A DNA stretch of 27,628 nt, from IMG/VR virus record IMGVR_UViG_3300022670_000050, positions 1-27,628 of that record. The stretch is one strand, 5' to 3'. The stretch comes from a virus (lineage: Duplodnaviria; Caudoviricetes). This document shows positions 18,224-25,815 of this stretch, piece after piece; the first letter of the stretch is position 1, and every line of letters begins with the position of its first letter. The position numbers were made by a program, and so were the translations under genes. The notes beneath the pieces were generated by a model that saw nothing but the letters and a program-made list of their open reading frames with translations, made no database searches and was not told the DNA's origin.

Positions 18224-20574
18224 TGAGTTCACGTTTTATATTACCATTTGCCGATGTTGGTAGCGGAATAAAGCCAAGTTCAGGCGCACAGCTTTTCTTT
18301 TCTTTTAAAGGCACAAACACGCCTAAAGATACTTTTAGCGATCAGTTATCAACACCAACACCAAACGCTAACCCTGTCGTTGCAAATGCTGTCGGTGTAT
18401 TTCCTGATATTTATATAACAGGCAGTTACTGGGTTACTCTAAAAGATAAAAACGGCGTACAAATATTCGGAAATGTTGAGGTTGATGAGTTAGGTATAGG
18501 CGCATTAATAAACGACCTGTCACAAGCGTATGAGTTCGCAACAGTTACGGCAATGACAATTAGCACAATAACCTTTCCGCTTGGTAAGCCGTTAAAAGTT
18601 ACTGATATAGATTCCACTTATATAGTAACCGCTGGCTCTAGTGCAAACATCGGCAGTCCTGATTTAATTAATACAGGCTTTGCCAAGCTACAAGAAACAG
18701 ACGGCAACGTTTTAAGGTATGGCGCTTTAGATGCGACATTAGATAACGGCACTACAATCAACGCGGCAATTGCTGACGTAAATAGATTTTTAATACCTAA
18801 AGATTCAACGATTAGAGCTACAAACGTTGCACTGAAAGATAACACTACCTTCAAGGTGCGCGGCAATCTTAAAATGATTGATAGCGCCCCTGATAACGCA
18901 AGTATTTTAATTAATGATGATGTCGTTAACGGTAATAAAAATTGTGTGCTTGATTTTACAGGCGGCTTTTTTGACGGGAACAGGGTAAACCAAGCAGGTC
19001 CCGCAAGTTTAATTCATCATTACCCGGCATTATTTTTTAACTGTTCAGGCTTTGATGTTTTTGGCGGCACTTACGGTAAAAACTTTGCACCTGAAACGAC
19101 GCCTAGTACCCATCCATTGTTTACCACTAACCCTGAGCTATTTACACAGGGCGTGCCATACGGTGAAACTGGGGCAACATTCCCCACGGTAGGTATGATT
19201 ACCTTTATGGGTGGTCGTGATAACCATACGCACGACTTTAACTTAATTGATTGGGCGCAAGAAGGCGTAAGCCCTCGCTGGAATGAAGGCTCAAGCGTTA
19301 CTGACTTCAGAGCTATTAATGGTACTGAAACAAATGAACCATATTACGCGCCTGTTACTTTTGGTTCTCGCGCTGGTTCGGTTACGGTTGCCATTAATGA
19401 CACTGTACTAGTTCAAGAGGGTCATATATTTGGAGGTAATGAGCAGCAGCCACATTTAATTTATAAAGCTTTAGTTGCTGGCACTTATGACTTAGGTTTA
19501 GAGGATTACTCAGACGGTGGTAGATGGACGTTAGTTTTACGTGATATCACTAACGATTTAGGCTTTACCGCTGCTAGATGTTCAGGTGCTTTCGGTCAAA
19601 TGAATACTATTACAAACGGTTACGCCGCTTTCTGTCGTGCTTCATCGTTTAGTAATGATTCACCAATGTCAGGCATGCAAAACCTTTACAGTTATCACAA
19701 TAGCTTTCAAGTTGGCATTAACTTTGGCCATTCTGCAACGGGTGCGGATTCATCAGTAAGCAGCAATTTAACCGCTATTAATTCGGGTTGGTCTGGTGGT
19801 GTTGGTGGCTCAAGCTTTGGTATTAATATTGTCGGCGGCACTAAAGACGCACAGATAACTAACTTCTACATTTGTGGCGCTGGTCGCAATGGCATTAATC
19901 AATCGGATAGTGGTCAAGACGTAAGGTTAGCTGCTGGTATTGTTAAGTTCTCCGGTGCTGGCGGTATTAAAACGTCACAACAAAAATTGATTTGCTCACA
20001 CGTAACCAGTCGTGACAATGTAGGCGCCGACTTTGAACCTACAGGTAATGGATTTATTGTTTTAGATAACTGTACTGATAGTACGGGCAATATTATAAAC
20101 AATGATAAGTTAGATCCTGTTACTTTGGACGCACAAAAACGAGCAACTATTTACGGCGCATCTGGAAAGGTTAGGAGTTATTTTAGGGCGGGATTTAGCG
20201 TGTTATCTGGCAATCCATTTATTGTATTAAAGGGTGATATTACAACCACAACAACTGATGTAATGACGCTTACTGTAACATTTCAACAAAGAAACACTGG
20301 CTCAGGATTTAATACTAATCAGTATTTATTAAAGGAAACTTTCTTAGTATTTGGCACAGGAACAGCTAGAACAATAACTTCAGTACAATCGCATTACGCG
20401 CAGTTAAGAAGTATCAACCCTGTGTGGGATGTGCCTACATTAGAGTTAAGGTTATTCTTACAAGATATTGCAGGGCCAGTAAATGTAGCGGTTGATAACG
20501 TAATAACCACTTGTTTAGTCGAAATACAAAACGGCCCGCCTGAGTATGACGTTGAAATAGGCTTCGAAGCGTAA
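18223..20574 (+). CDS. Tailspike / receptor-binding depolymerase
   Basis: N-terminal head-binding-type domain (GAQLFF...GT.TPK.T.SD...NANPVVA...G.FP.I). YGA...DN...INAAI cap followed by Asn/Gly-rich beta-helix repeats. Confidence 0.85.
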   Translation: MSSRFILPFADVGSGIKPSSGAQLFFSFKGTNTPKDTFSDQLSTPTPNANPVVANAVGVFPDIYITGSYWVTLKDKNGVQIFGNVEVDELGIGALINDLSQAYEFATVTAMTISTITFPLGKPLKVTDIDSTYIVTAGSSANIGSPDLINTGFAKLQETDGNVLRYGALDATLDNGTTINAAIADVNRFLIPKDSTIRATNVALKDNTTFKVRGNLKMIDSAPDNASILINDDVVNGNKNCVLDFTGGFFDGNRVNQAGPASLIHHYPALFFNCSGFDVFGGTYGKNFAPETTPSTHPLFTTNPELFTQGVPYGETGATFPTVGMITFMGGRDNHTHDFNLIDWAQEGVSPRWNEGSSVTDFRAINGTETNEPYYAPVTFGSRAGSVTVAINDTVLVQEGHIFGGNEQQPHLIYKALVAGTYDLGLEDYSDGGRWTLVLRDITNDLGFTAARCSGAFGQMNTITNGYAAFCRASSFSNDSPMSGMQNLYSYHNSFQVGINFGHSATGADSSVSSNLTAINSGWSGGVGGSSFGINIVGGTKDAQITNFYICGAGRNGINQSDSGQDVRLAAGIVKFSGAGGIKTSQQKLICSHVTSRDNVGADFEPTGNGFIVLDNCTDSTGNIINNDKLDPVTLDAQKRATIYGASGKVRSYFRAGFSVLSGNPFIVLKGDITTTTTDVMTLTVTFQQRNTGSGFNTNQYLLKETFLVFGTGTARTITSVQSHYAQLRSINPVWDVPTLELRLFLQDIAGPVNVAVDNVITTCLVEIQNGPPEYDVEIGFEA

Positions 20575-20607
20575 ATAAAGGCACAGGGGGTTAAGGTTCC
20601 CTGTGCC
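20573..20607 (-). terminator. Terminator between convergent tailspike and endolysin genes
   Basis: GGCACAGGG (20580-88) / CCCTGTGCC (20599-607) 9 bp stem. U-rich tail on the minus strand. Confidence 0.75.
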
Positions 20608-20614
20608 GGTTATG

Positions 20615-20992
20615 TTAATAAACCCACATTACAAGTGGATCGCCATTTCTAATACCTAGATGAACAAAAGTCTTAGCTATACCTATAGCATTAAAGCCAT
20701 GCTTCAAACCTAGCTTAACAATCTGCCCACGCTCTAAACCACCACGCACGGCAATATCAATTCCAACTCTGTTTTGATGGTCTGCTGGCGTTATTCTGTT
20801 TAACTCGTCTGGATGATTAGGGCAACGACCCCCGCTAGTAACGGTTAAGCCTCTCATAGCATCATTACGCACTAACTGAACATTATCTAACACATACTGC
20901 TTTACACTTCTTTTATCGCAGTCGGGATGGCTACACGTACACAGAAGCTTAACATCTGTTTCAGGATTAAAGTTTTTGGTTTTTATAATCAT
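20615..20992 (-). CDS. Endolysin, peptidase M15 family
   Basis: Start re-called at MIIKTKNF. C.C, VTSGGRCPNH, H....GIDI, GF.AIGI...FVHL zinc-peptidase motifs. Confidence 0.85.
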   Translation of the reverse strand: MIIKTKNFNPETDVKLLCTCSHPDCDKRSVKQYVLDNVQLVRNDAMRGLTVTSGGRCPNHPDELNRITPADHQNRVGIDIAVRGGLERGQIVKLGLKHGFNAIGIAKTFVHLGIRNGDPLVMWVY

Positions 20993-21155
20993 TCGTGAAC
21001 TCTCTATATTCAATGTAATTATCGGAATTTCGTACTTCATCAAAAATAACTCCGGCTGAAATAGCAATCGGTAAAGTTATCGTGCTAGCTATAAAAAACA
21101 ACGCGCAAAATAACGGGAACGTATGATTTAGTGATTTCAATAAAGTTTTAAACAT
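20967..21155 (-). CDS. Small membrane protein (62 aa)
   Basis: ATG 21155 overlaps the stop of the 39 aa ORF. One hydrophobic span (FPLFCALFFIASTITLPIAISAGVIF). Confidence 0.5.
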   Translation of the reverse strand: MFKTLLKSLNHTFPLFCALFFIASTITLPIAISAGVIFDEVRNSDNYIEYREFTNDYKNQKL

Positions 21156-21267
21156 AAGGAGCCACCAAGTCATGCAGCCAACCAACGCCAACCCAAACAC
21201 AACAAATAGCCAAACCACCCACAACAACTATAAATAATATTTTATTACTCTGCTCTCGATTACTCAT
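21148..21267 (-). CDS. Small membrane peptide (39 aa), not in ORF track
   Basis: MSNREQSNKILFIVVVGGLAICCVWVGVGWLHDLVAPYV*. TAATG coupling to the upstream ORF. Confidence 0.55.
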   Translation of the reverse strand: MSNREQSNKILFIVVVGGLAICCVWVGVGWLHDLVAPYV

Positions 21268-21449
21268 TAGTGCTTCGCCTTCTGTTTAAGTTGCAATTTA
21301 AGCGATTCGATAACCGCTTGCTGTGTTGTATTTTCCTCTTTCAAAGCGAGAATAGTATCTTTTTGACACCAATTCTCTGAGTAAACTTCTGTTAACTCAT
21401 TATCTAAAGAGTTATTCATCTTGCTTAACTGTATGTATGAAAGAGGCAT
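21267..21449 (-). CDS. Small coiled-coil hypothetical protein
   Basis: AAGGA SD and heptad pattern. Confidence 0.6.
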   Translation of the reverse strand: MPLSYIQLSKMNNSLDNELTEVYSENWCQKDTILALKEENTTQQAVIESLKLQLKQKAKH

Positions 21450-21464
21450 GGTTAATTTCCTTAG

Positions 21465-21716
21465 TTAAATTGCGCACTTCTCTATAGATTCCATCTTCTC
21501 AGCTTCAAACTTTCTTTGTAGCTCCTCTATTGCGCAGTCTGGCGTAAATTTACCTGTATCAGCAAAGCTCCAAAAATGCCCATATTCTTTATAGATAACC
21601 TTATCTTCCCGCTTCTTAAAAAACATACCTGTTTCAACTTCTACCAGCGCTTTGAATTTCCACGTTATCGCACTAGTACCAATTCTTTCTATTAATCTAA
21701 AATTTGAAATCTTCAT
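21465..21716 (-). CDS. Hypothetical phage protein (83 aa)
   Basis: AAGGA SD. Same strand as neighbours. Confidence 0.7.
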   Translation of the reverse strand: MKISNFRLIERIGTSAITWKFKALVEVETGMFFKKREDKVIYKEYGHFWSFADTGKFTPDCAIEELQRKFEAEKMESIEKCAI

Positions 21717-21748
21717 TCTATCTATCCTTTAGTACGTTAAATGGTTAA

Positions 21749-21883
21749 TCAATAATCGTTACAGTCGCCATCTCTGATATTAGCGGGATTGTCGCCCCAT
21801 ATCAGCCACCACAACCAAAGCTTCTCATAGTTATTCAAGTGACCGACAATATCCATAAAATCTCTATTGTTCACAGGAATCAT
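21749..21883 (-). CDS. Trp-rich small protein (44 aa), not in ORF track
   Basis: AGGGAG upstream. MIPVNNRDFMDIVGHLNNYEKLWLWWLIWGDNPANIRDGDCNDY*. Fills the gap exactly. Confidence 0.55.
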   Translation of the reverse strand: MIPVNNRDFMDIVGHLNNYEKLWLWWLIWGDNPANIRDGDCNDY

Positions 21884-21904
21884 CCTTTATCTCTCCCTTG
21901 TTAT

Positions 21905-22147
21905 CTAACCGTTTAACCTGCTCTTCATCACATAAAGCAAGTCATATGAAAACTTTGAAATCTTACCTTTGCATAGATTGCTAACTCTTGGTTGTGTAAC
22001 GCCCATCATCTCAGCAGCTTCTTTTTGAGTTATACCTTTATCTTTAATGGTATCGATAATGCTATCCATTAAATTAGATTTTAATAGCAGTAATTCAGCT
22101 TTATGCTTATCCACTATCAGCTCAAATGTGTTGTTATATTTTTTCAT
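21905..22147 (-). CDS. XRE-family HTH regulator (HTH_37 / HigA2-like)
   Basis: GITQKEAAEMMGVTQPRVSNLCKGKISKFSYDLL. GAGG SD. Confidence 0.9.
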   Translation of the reverse strand: MKKYNNTFELIVDKHKAELLLLKSNLMDSIIDTIKDKGITQKEAAEMMGVTQPRVSNLCKGKISKFSYDLLYVMKSRLNG

Positions 22148-22167
22148 AATTACCTCGTTAAAAACTA

Positions 22168-22196
22168 ATATTATGCAATATATCGCATATAGTCAA
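22168..22196 (-). promoter_or_regulatory. Promoter of the XRE gene with embedded palindromic operator
   Basis: Minus strand TTGACT-17 bp-TAATAT. TATGC-N8-GCATA at 22172-22189. Confidence 0.75.
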
Positions 22197-22309
22197 GTAT
22201 AATCATTAAATTAATTTCGTGATATACTCTAACTGACAACACCCCTCCAGCTACCCATCAGAACAGCTCCCTGCGAGGGGTTATATATTTACAGATAGGA
22301 GTTTAAAGA

Positions 22310-22681
22310 ATGAATTGGCTAACAAGTATTTTTAGCGGCGGTGATGTAATCAAGTCAATTGAAAACATCGCCTCAGAATGGATTGAAACAGACTTAGAAA
22401 GCGCAGAGGCTAAAGTTGTCATGATTAAAGCGCTTGACCCTAACGGTAAGATGCGCAGAGATTTATCGAATAGAGTTACCGCCTTGTACACTTTGTACAT
22501 CGTGACGGCTCTTATATTGCTTATCTGTGAAAGCTTCGGGTTAGGTGATGCCGAGCAAATAGCAGCAGCGACAACCAAGGTAACAGAATTATTTGTACCT
22601 ATAACCACACTATTCGGCGTAATTGTTAGCGCTAGCTTTGGTGTGAACTATGCAAACGCTAAACAAGAAGGTAAAAAGTAA
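22310..22681 (+). CDS. Putative holin (3TM/GTA-holin-like)
   Basis: N-terminal amphipathic segment, T..E.AEAK, two TM helices and basic C-terminus. AGGAG SD and extended -10 TGATATACT at 22220-22228. Confidence 0.7.
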   Translation: MNWLTSIFSGGDVIKSIENIASEWIETDLESAEAKVVMIKALDPNGKMRRDLSNRVTALYTLYIVTALILLICESFGLGDAEQIAAATTKVTELFVPITTLFGVIVSASFGVNYANAKQEGKK

Positions 22682-22870
22682 CTAAAATAAATCCCTTACC
22701 AGGAGGTCAGGGAATCTTTTATCAAACTCAGCTTTCAATTGCGCTTTATTCATTCCCATCACATCAGTTAAATACGCCCGTAATTCATTAAACCATTGCT
22801 CGTTGGTATAACCGGACATATCAACGTCAGTCATTTCAAGTTTAACTTCAGCCTCGCATTGCTTGGTCAT
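22682..22870 (-). CDS. Hypothetical protein (62 aa)
   Basis: ATGA coupling with the upstream ORF. Confidence 0.6.
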   Translation of the reverse strand: MTKQCEAEVKLEMTDVDMSGYTNEQWFNELRAYLTDVMGMNKAQLKAEFDKRFPDLLVRDLF

Positions 22871-23070
22871 TGAATTATACCGTCTTGGCTCATTAACATT
22901 TTACCGATAGTGCCAACAGCATTAGCGTAATCAATATCAAAAGTTTCACCCATTCCAGTAACCCAAATATCCAGTTCAATTATCTCAATAACTTGCGGTA
23001 CTGATAACCCGTCCATCTGCTGACTTTCAGGGTTAGGGGTGCATGCGTAAAAACCGTTTTCATATTCCAT
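22867..23070 (-). CDS. Hypothetical protein (67 aa)
   Basis: AAGGAG SD. Operon context. Confidence 0.65.
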   Translation of the reverse strand: MEYENGFYACTPNPESQQMDGLSVPQVIEIIELDIWVTGMGETFDIDYANAVGTIGKMLMSQDGIIQ

Positions 23071-23098
23071 CTTGTTCTCTCCTTATGCTAAATTAAAA

Positions 23099-23293
23099 TT
23101 AAAGTCCAGTAACTATAACGCTAACCGTCTGCTTTCCGATCACCTTTGCATTAGAATCGTTTAGCATTTTATTAACTTTATTCAACCCTTCAATTTTAGC
23201 TTGTGATTTCATTTGACCCATAGTGCAACCATCAGCCCATACGTCACTTAGATATACTTCAACTGTCATTTGTACTCTTATTGATGTTGTCAT
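23099..23293 (-). CDS. Hypothetical protein (64 aa)
   Basis: AAGGA SD. Follows the replication gene directly. Confidence 0.65.
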   Translation of the reverse strand: MTTSIRVQMTVEVYLSDVWADGCTMGQMKSQAKIEGLNKVNKMLNDSNAKVIGKQTVSVIVTGL

Positions 23294-23294
23294 T

Positions 23295-23888
23295 TTATTG
23301 GTCCTTGTTATTAATTAACTTGGCTCTAAAACTATCAATACCATCAGTTATCTTAGCGTACGCTTTCTTTTCATCATTCTTGTGTTCGTGTAATTCCACT
23401 AATCCAGGCAATGAGCTAGGAAGCAATTCTAACGGTGTATTCTCATAGGTCTTATAGTTAGCTATGAATTCCTTTTTAGCCCACGTTAAGTCTTTCTCAG
23501 GCATTGCGCAGAAGTCTTTCCAGCTATGAACCGCCTTTAACGCTGCAATAGCTTGCTTATCGTCTAATACCAAAGGACCGTATGCACCATGAGCGCGTAA
23601 CTCGTGCATTATCTGGCCCCATGCAAGCATCGCTTTATCTTCAACGTTAACTTCCGTTTGCTGCAGGTGTTTAATAATATTTGCTGGCTTAGGGAAAAAC
23701 TTGCCATCAACGGGATCTTTTAAATGTTCACCAATAGCCCATGAGACTTGTTCATAACTGTATTGAGTAAGTGACATAAAATAAACCTGCAGCATAGGAA
23801 GGGTAACATTCACCTTTTTAGCTGTGCTGAATACATCGGCTATTCCTTCAAGCAACTCTGTAAACATATCTTTATCAGAATCTAACAT
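23295..23888 (-). CDS. Replication-associated protein, helicase loader/inhibitor-like (DUF6475-type)
   Basis: YF.SL..Y..EQV..AI..HL.DP..GKFFPKPA.II motif, then AW, W..FC and F...Y. Coupled to the upstream replication-type gene. Confidence 0.7.
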   Translation of the reverse strand: MLDSDKDMFTELLEGIADVFSTAKKVNVTLPMLQVYFMSLTQYSYEQVSWAIGEHLKDPVDGKFFPKPANIIKHLQQTEVNVEDKAMLAWGQIMHELRAHGAYGPLVLDDKQAIAALKAVHSWKDFCAMPEKDLTWAKKEFIANYKTYENTPLELLPSSLPGLVELHEHKNDEKKAYAKITDGIDSFRAKLINNKDQ

Positions 23889-24307
23889 TACCATTTCCCC
23901 TTAAGGCTTTTAGCTGGAGCATCTGCAGACTTGTCGTTCCCTTCCCAAGTTTGAACGCAGGACTTCCAACATTTAATTTTAGTTTCAGCTTTACCCCTAA
24001 CCCATCCGTTAGTGTTGTAATGAGAAATAAATTTTTCAGCATCTACGTTATTGCATCGTGAATCACAATACTCACGAACCTCTTCAACTGTTGGTGGTTT
24101 AAATGCTTTGCGCTTAGTTTTAGGTTTCGGCTTTTCAACAACAATAACCTCAGTCGCCGCCACTGGCTCAATATCACCACCGCAAAACTTTCTAATCATC
24201 TTCTCTAATAGAAAGCCTTTAGAGCGCTCATGCTTTTCTGCGTAGCCTCTTAATAGGTTATGCGCTTCTAATGATACATCTGCTGTTAGTCTAGAATTTC
24301 TACTCAT
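23888..24307 (-). CDS. RHH DNA-binding domain fused to a phage replication-organiser C-terminal domain
   Basis: N-term SRLTADVSLEAHNLLRGYAEKHERSKGFLLEKMIRKF (ribbon-helix-helix pattern). C-term FKPPTVEEV.EYC...VDAEKF..HY..NGW...WK..V.TWE. Confidence 0.7.
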   Translation of the reverse strand: MSRNSRLTADVSLEAHNLLRGYAEKHERSKGFLLEKMIRKFCGGDIEPVAATEVIVVEKPKPKTKRKAFKPPTVEEVREYCDSRCNNVDAEKFISHYNTNGWVRGKAETKIKCWKSCVQTWEGNDKSADAPAKSLKGKW

Positions 24308-24344
24308 TCGTTTGTTTTCCTTGTTGTTAATATTTCTTGTACAA

Positions 24345-24389
24345 ATAATATCATAATATGTTGCATTGTCAAATGTTATGTATTATATT
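24345..24389. promoter_or_regulatory. Back-to-back divergent early promoters
   Basis: Rightward TTGCAT (24361-66)-17-TATATT (24384-89). Leftward TTGACA (24372-67)-16-TATTAT (24350-45) with extended TG. Confidence 0.75.
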
Positions 24390-24421
24390 TAACCCATCAA
24401 AACGAAACGGAGTTAAAAAGA

Positions 24422-24673
24422 ATGAAAGAACTATATAGCGCGGCAATTAAAATAACCGACCAAATTGGAACTATTGAATTTACCATCGCAGAGATGAAAG
24501 ATAATAGTGACGGTAGTCGCATATCATTAAGGACTGATAACTTTAACCAAGAGGTTCACTTGTATGCAGATGTTCGGCCTTCTAGTTATATTCAGTTTTT
24601 GCATGGCGAACTAAAAGACTTAGAGAAAAGTTTAAAAGCAATAGAGTCTGAAATAAAAAACAAACTCAGCTAA
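24422..24673 (+). CDS. Hypothetical early protein (83 aa)
   Basis: GGAG SD. First gene after the rightward promoter. Confidence 0.7.
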   Translation: MKELYSAAIKITDQIGTIEFTIAEMKDNSDGSRISLRTDNFNQEVHLYADVRPSSYIQFLHGELKDLEKSLKAIESEIKNKLS

Positions 24674-24711
24674 TTATTAATTTAACAACTAACCAATAGG
24701 AGATAGAAAAC

Positions 24712-24966
24712 ATGTCAATCGAATATATTACAGATGTAAGGCAGGACGGAAAAACAACATTCGTTATGAGTATTAACGGAAAGTCAGTAAACGTTAAATA
24801 CACTGATGAGCAAAAAAGCTCTTATAACGACCACATAACACTTGAATCATACGTGTATGGCAATGTTACTATTTACGGTGATATGACAATATACGCATCT
24901 AACGCCCACTTAGCAGAGGTTGTTTTGGCTGTTGAGATTGTTAAAGTTATTAAAGAGAACCTTTAA
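24712..24966 (+). CDS. Hypothetical early protein (84 aa)
   Basis: AGGAG SD. Confidence 0.7.
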   Translation: MSIEYITDVRQDGKTTFVMSINGKSVNVKYTDEQKSSYNDHITLESYVYGNVTIYGDMTIYASNAHLAEVVLAVEIVKVIKENL

Positions 24967-24996
24967 CCCCACTAACAACACATAAGGATAAGAAAG

Positions 24997-25170
24997 ATGA
25001 AACTTGATATTGATAAGGCTTTTGAATTACGAACTGTTGTAAAGGGTATGACGTACGCACAACGCATGGTTATTACAAATATCATTTGTGGCGAATACGA
25101 CCAATATGCCCTTGAAGCTAAAGATATTGCAAGCGAAGATCTTGAGTTTTTAACTAAGGAGAATAAATAA
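24997..25170 (+). CDS. Hypothetical early protein (57 aa), not in ORF track
   Basis: TAAGGA SD. MKLDIDKAFELRTVVKGMTYAQRMVITNIICGEYDQYALEAKDIASEDLEFLTKENK*. Confidence 0.65.
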   Translation: MKLDIDKAFELRTVVKGMTYAQRMVITNIICGEYDQYALEAKDIASEDLEFLTKENK

Positions 25171-25171
25171 C

Positions 25172-25393
25172 ATGAGTACGCAAATGGAAAAATGCACAAC
25201 ATATAAAAGAGTTGGCGATAAATGCACTATAAGTTGCAATCTTGGTTTGTGGGAAGTTAGTGGGGAATACGGTTTAGCATTAATAAATGAAGCTTGTCAT
25301 TACTTCGAACAGTATAAAGGTGATGGCGAATACAGTTCAATAATTGGCGGTAAAACTGTAGTTGAAACACTACTTGAAAATAAAGGAGGTTAG
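25172..25393 (+). CDS. Hypothetical early protein (73 aa)
   Basis: AAGGAG SD. Cys-containing. Confidence 0.7.
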   Translation: MSTQMEKCTTYKRVGDKCTISCNLGLWEVSGEYGLALINEACHYFEQYKGDGEYSSIIGGKTVVETLLENKGG

Positions 25394-25401
25394 TGTAAAA
25401 T
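25374..25401 (+). promoter_or_regulatory. Promoter upstream of the structured RNA
   Basis: TTGAAA (25374-79)-16 bp-TAAAAT (25396-401). Confidence 0.55.
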
Positions 25402-25407
25402 AGTATT

Positions 25408-25815
25408 TGTAAACCGCAGTGTAGAAGCTGCTTAGAAAGAATCGTTAGAGCAGGGTATTTAAGAAACGTGTAATCTTTGGTGGGTTTTCCGCTAACGATT
25501 CGCCCCTCTTCTAACAGAGGTTACATGTTCCTTAAGTACCCTTTTTCGTATTTGTAGTGCAATCAGTACAGAGGATTGCTAAGTGGTTCACACACAGCAG
25601 CTACAGATACAACCCCTTTCAAAGCCCCCTTCTACACTGACGTCATAAACAATGGATTATAGACACGATCCTTACTATCTCTAACTTAGCCGTGAGATAG
25701 TTGATAAAAGAATAAACGCTTGGAAAATCATTTTATAAGATTGGTAGTTAACGGATACTACTTAAATTAACAAAACCGATGAGTCTTAATAAATGTTACC
25801 CGTCCTGATAAGACG
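25408..25815 (+). ncRNA. Large structured RNA (ncRNA or cis-regulatory leader), unassigned family
   Basis: ORF-free. 28 bp stem with 4 G-U pairs, 10 bp pseudoknot pairing, 11 bp long-range closing helix, multi-branch domain and further hairpins. Confidence 0.7.

Noticed and set aside
284-20102. Numerous minus-strand and alternate-frame ORFs overlapping structural genes (e.g. 7724-8161, 8783-9205, 17746-18144)
   Set aside because: Shadow ORFs of well-supported genes, with no SD or recognisable motifs.
18223-20574. Diversity-generating retroelement or invertible tail switching
   Set aside because: No reverse transcriptase, invertase or template/variable repeat pair seen in the window.
20993-21067. 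N-terminal extension of the endolysin in the ORF track
   Set aside because: Overlaps the upstream gene. The family pattern begins at Met26.
20967-21227. 86 aa ORF with TTG start from the ORF track
   Set aside because: Better explained as two coupled ORFs (21267-21148 and 21155-20967) with ATG starts.
24972-25202. Minus-strand 76 aa ORF
   Set aside because: The plus-strand 57 aa ORF with a good SD occupies the same space in a plus-strand operon.
25548-25615. tRNA-like look of the branched domain (GGTTCA loop)
   Set aside because: No proper D arm, anticodon arm or 7 bp acceptor plus CCA. Not called a tRNA.
25652-25684. 10-codon ORF MDYRHDPYYL within the structured region
   Set aside because: No SD and too short to support. 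Could be revisited with ribosome profiling.
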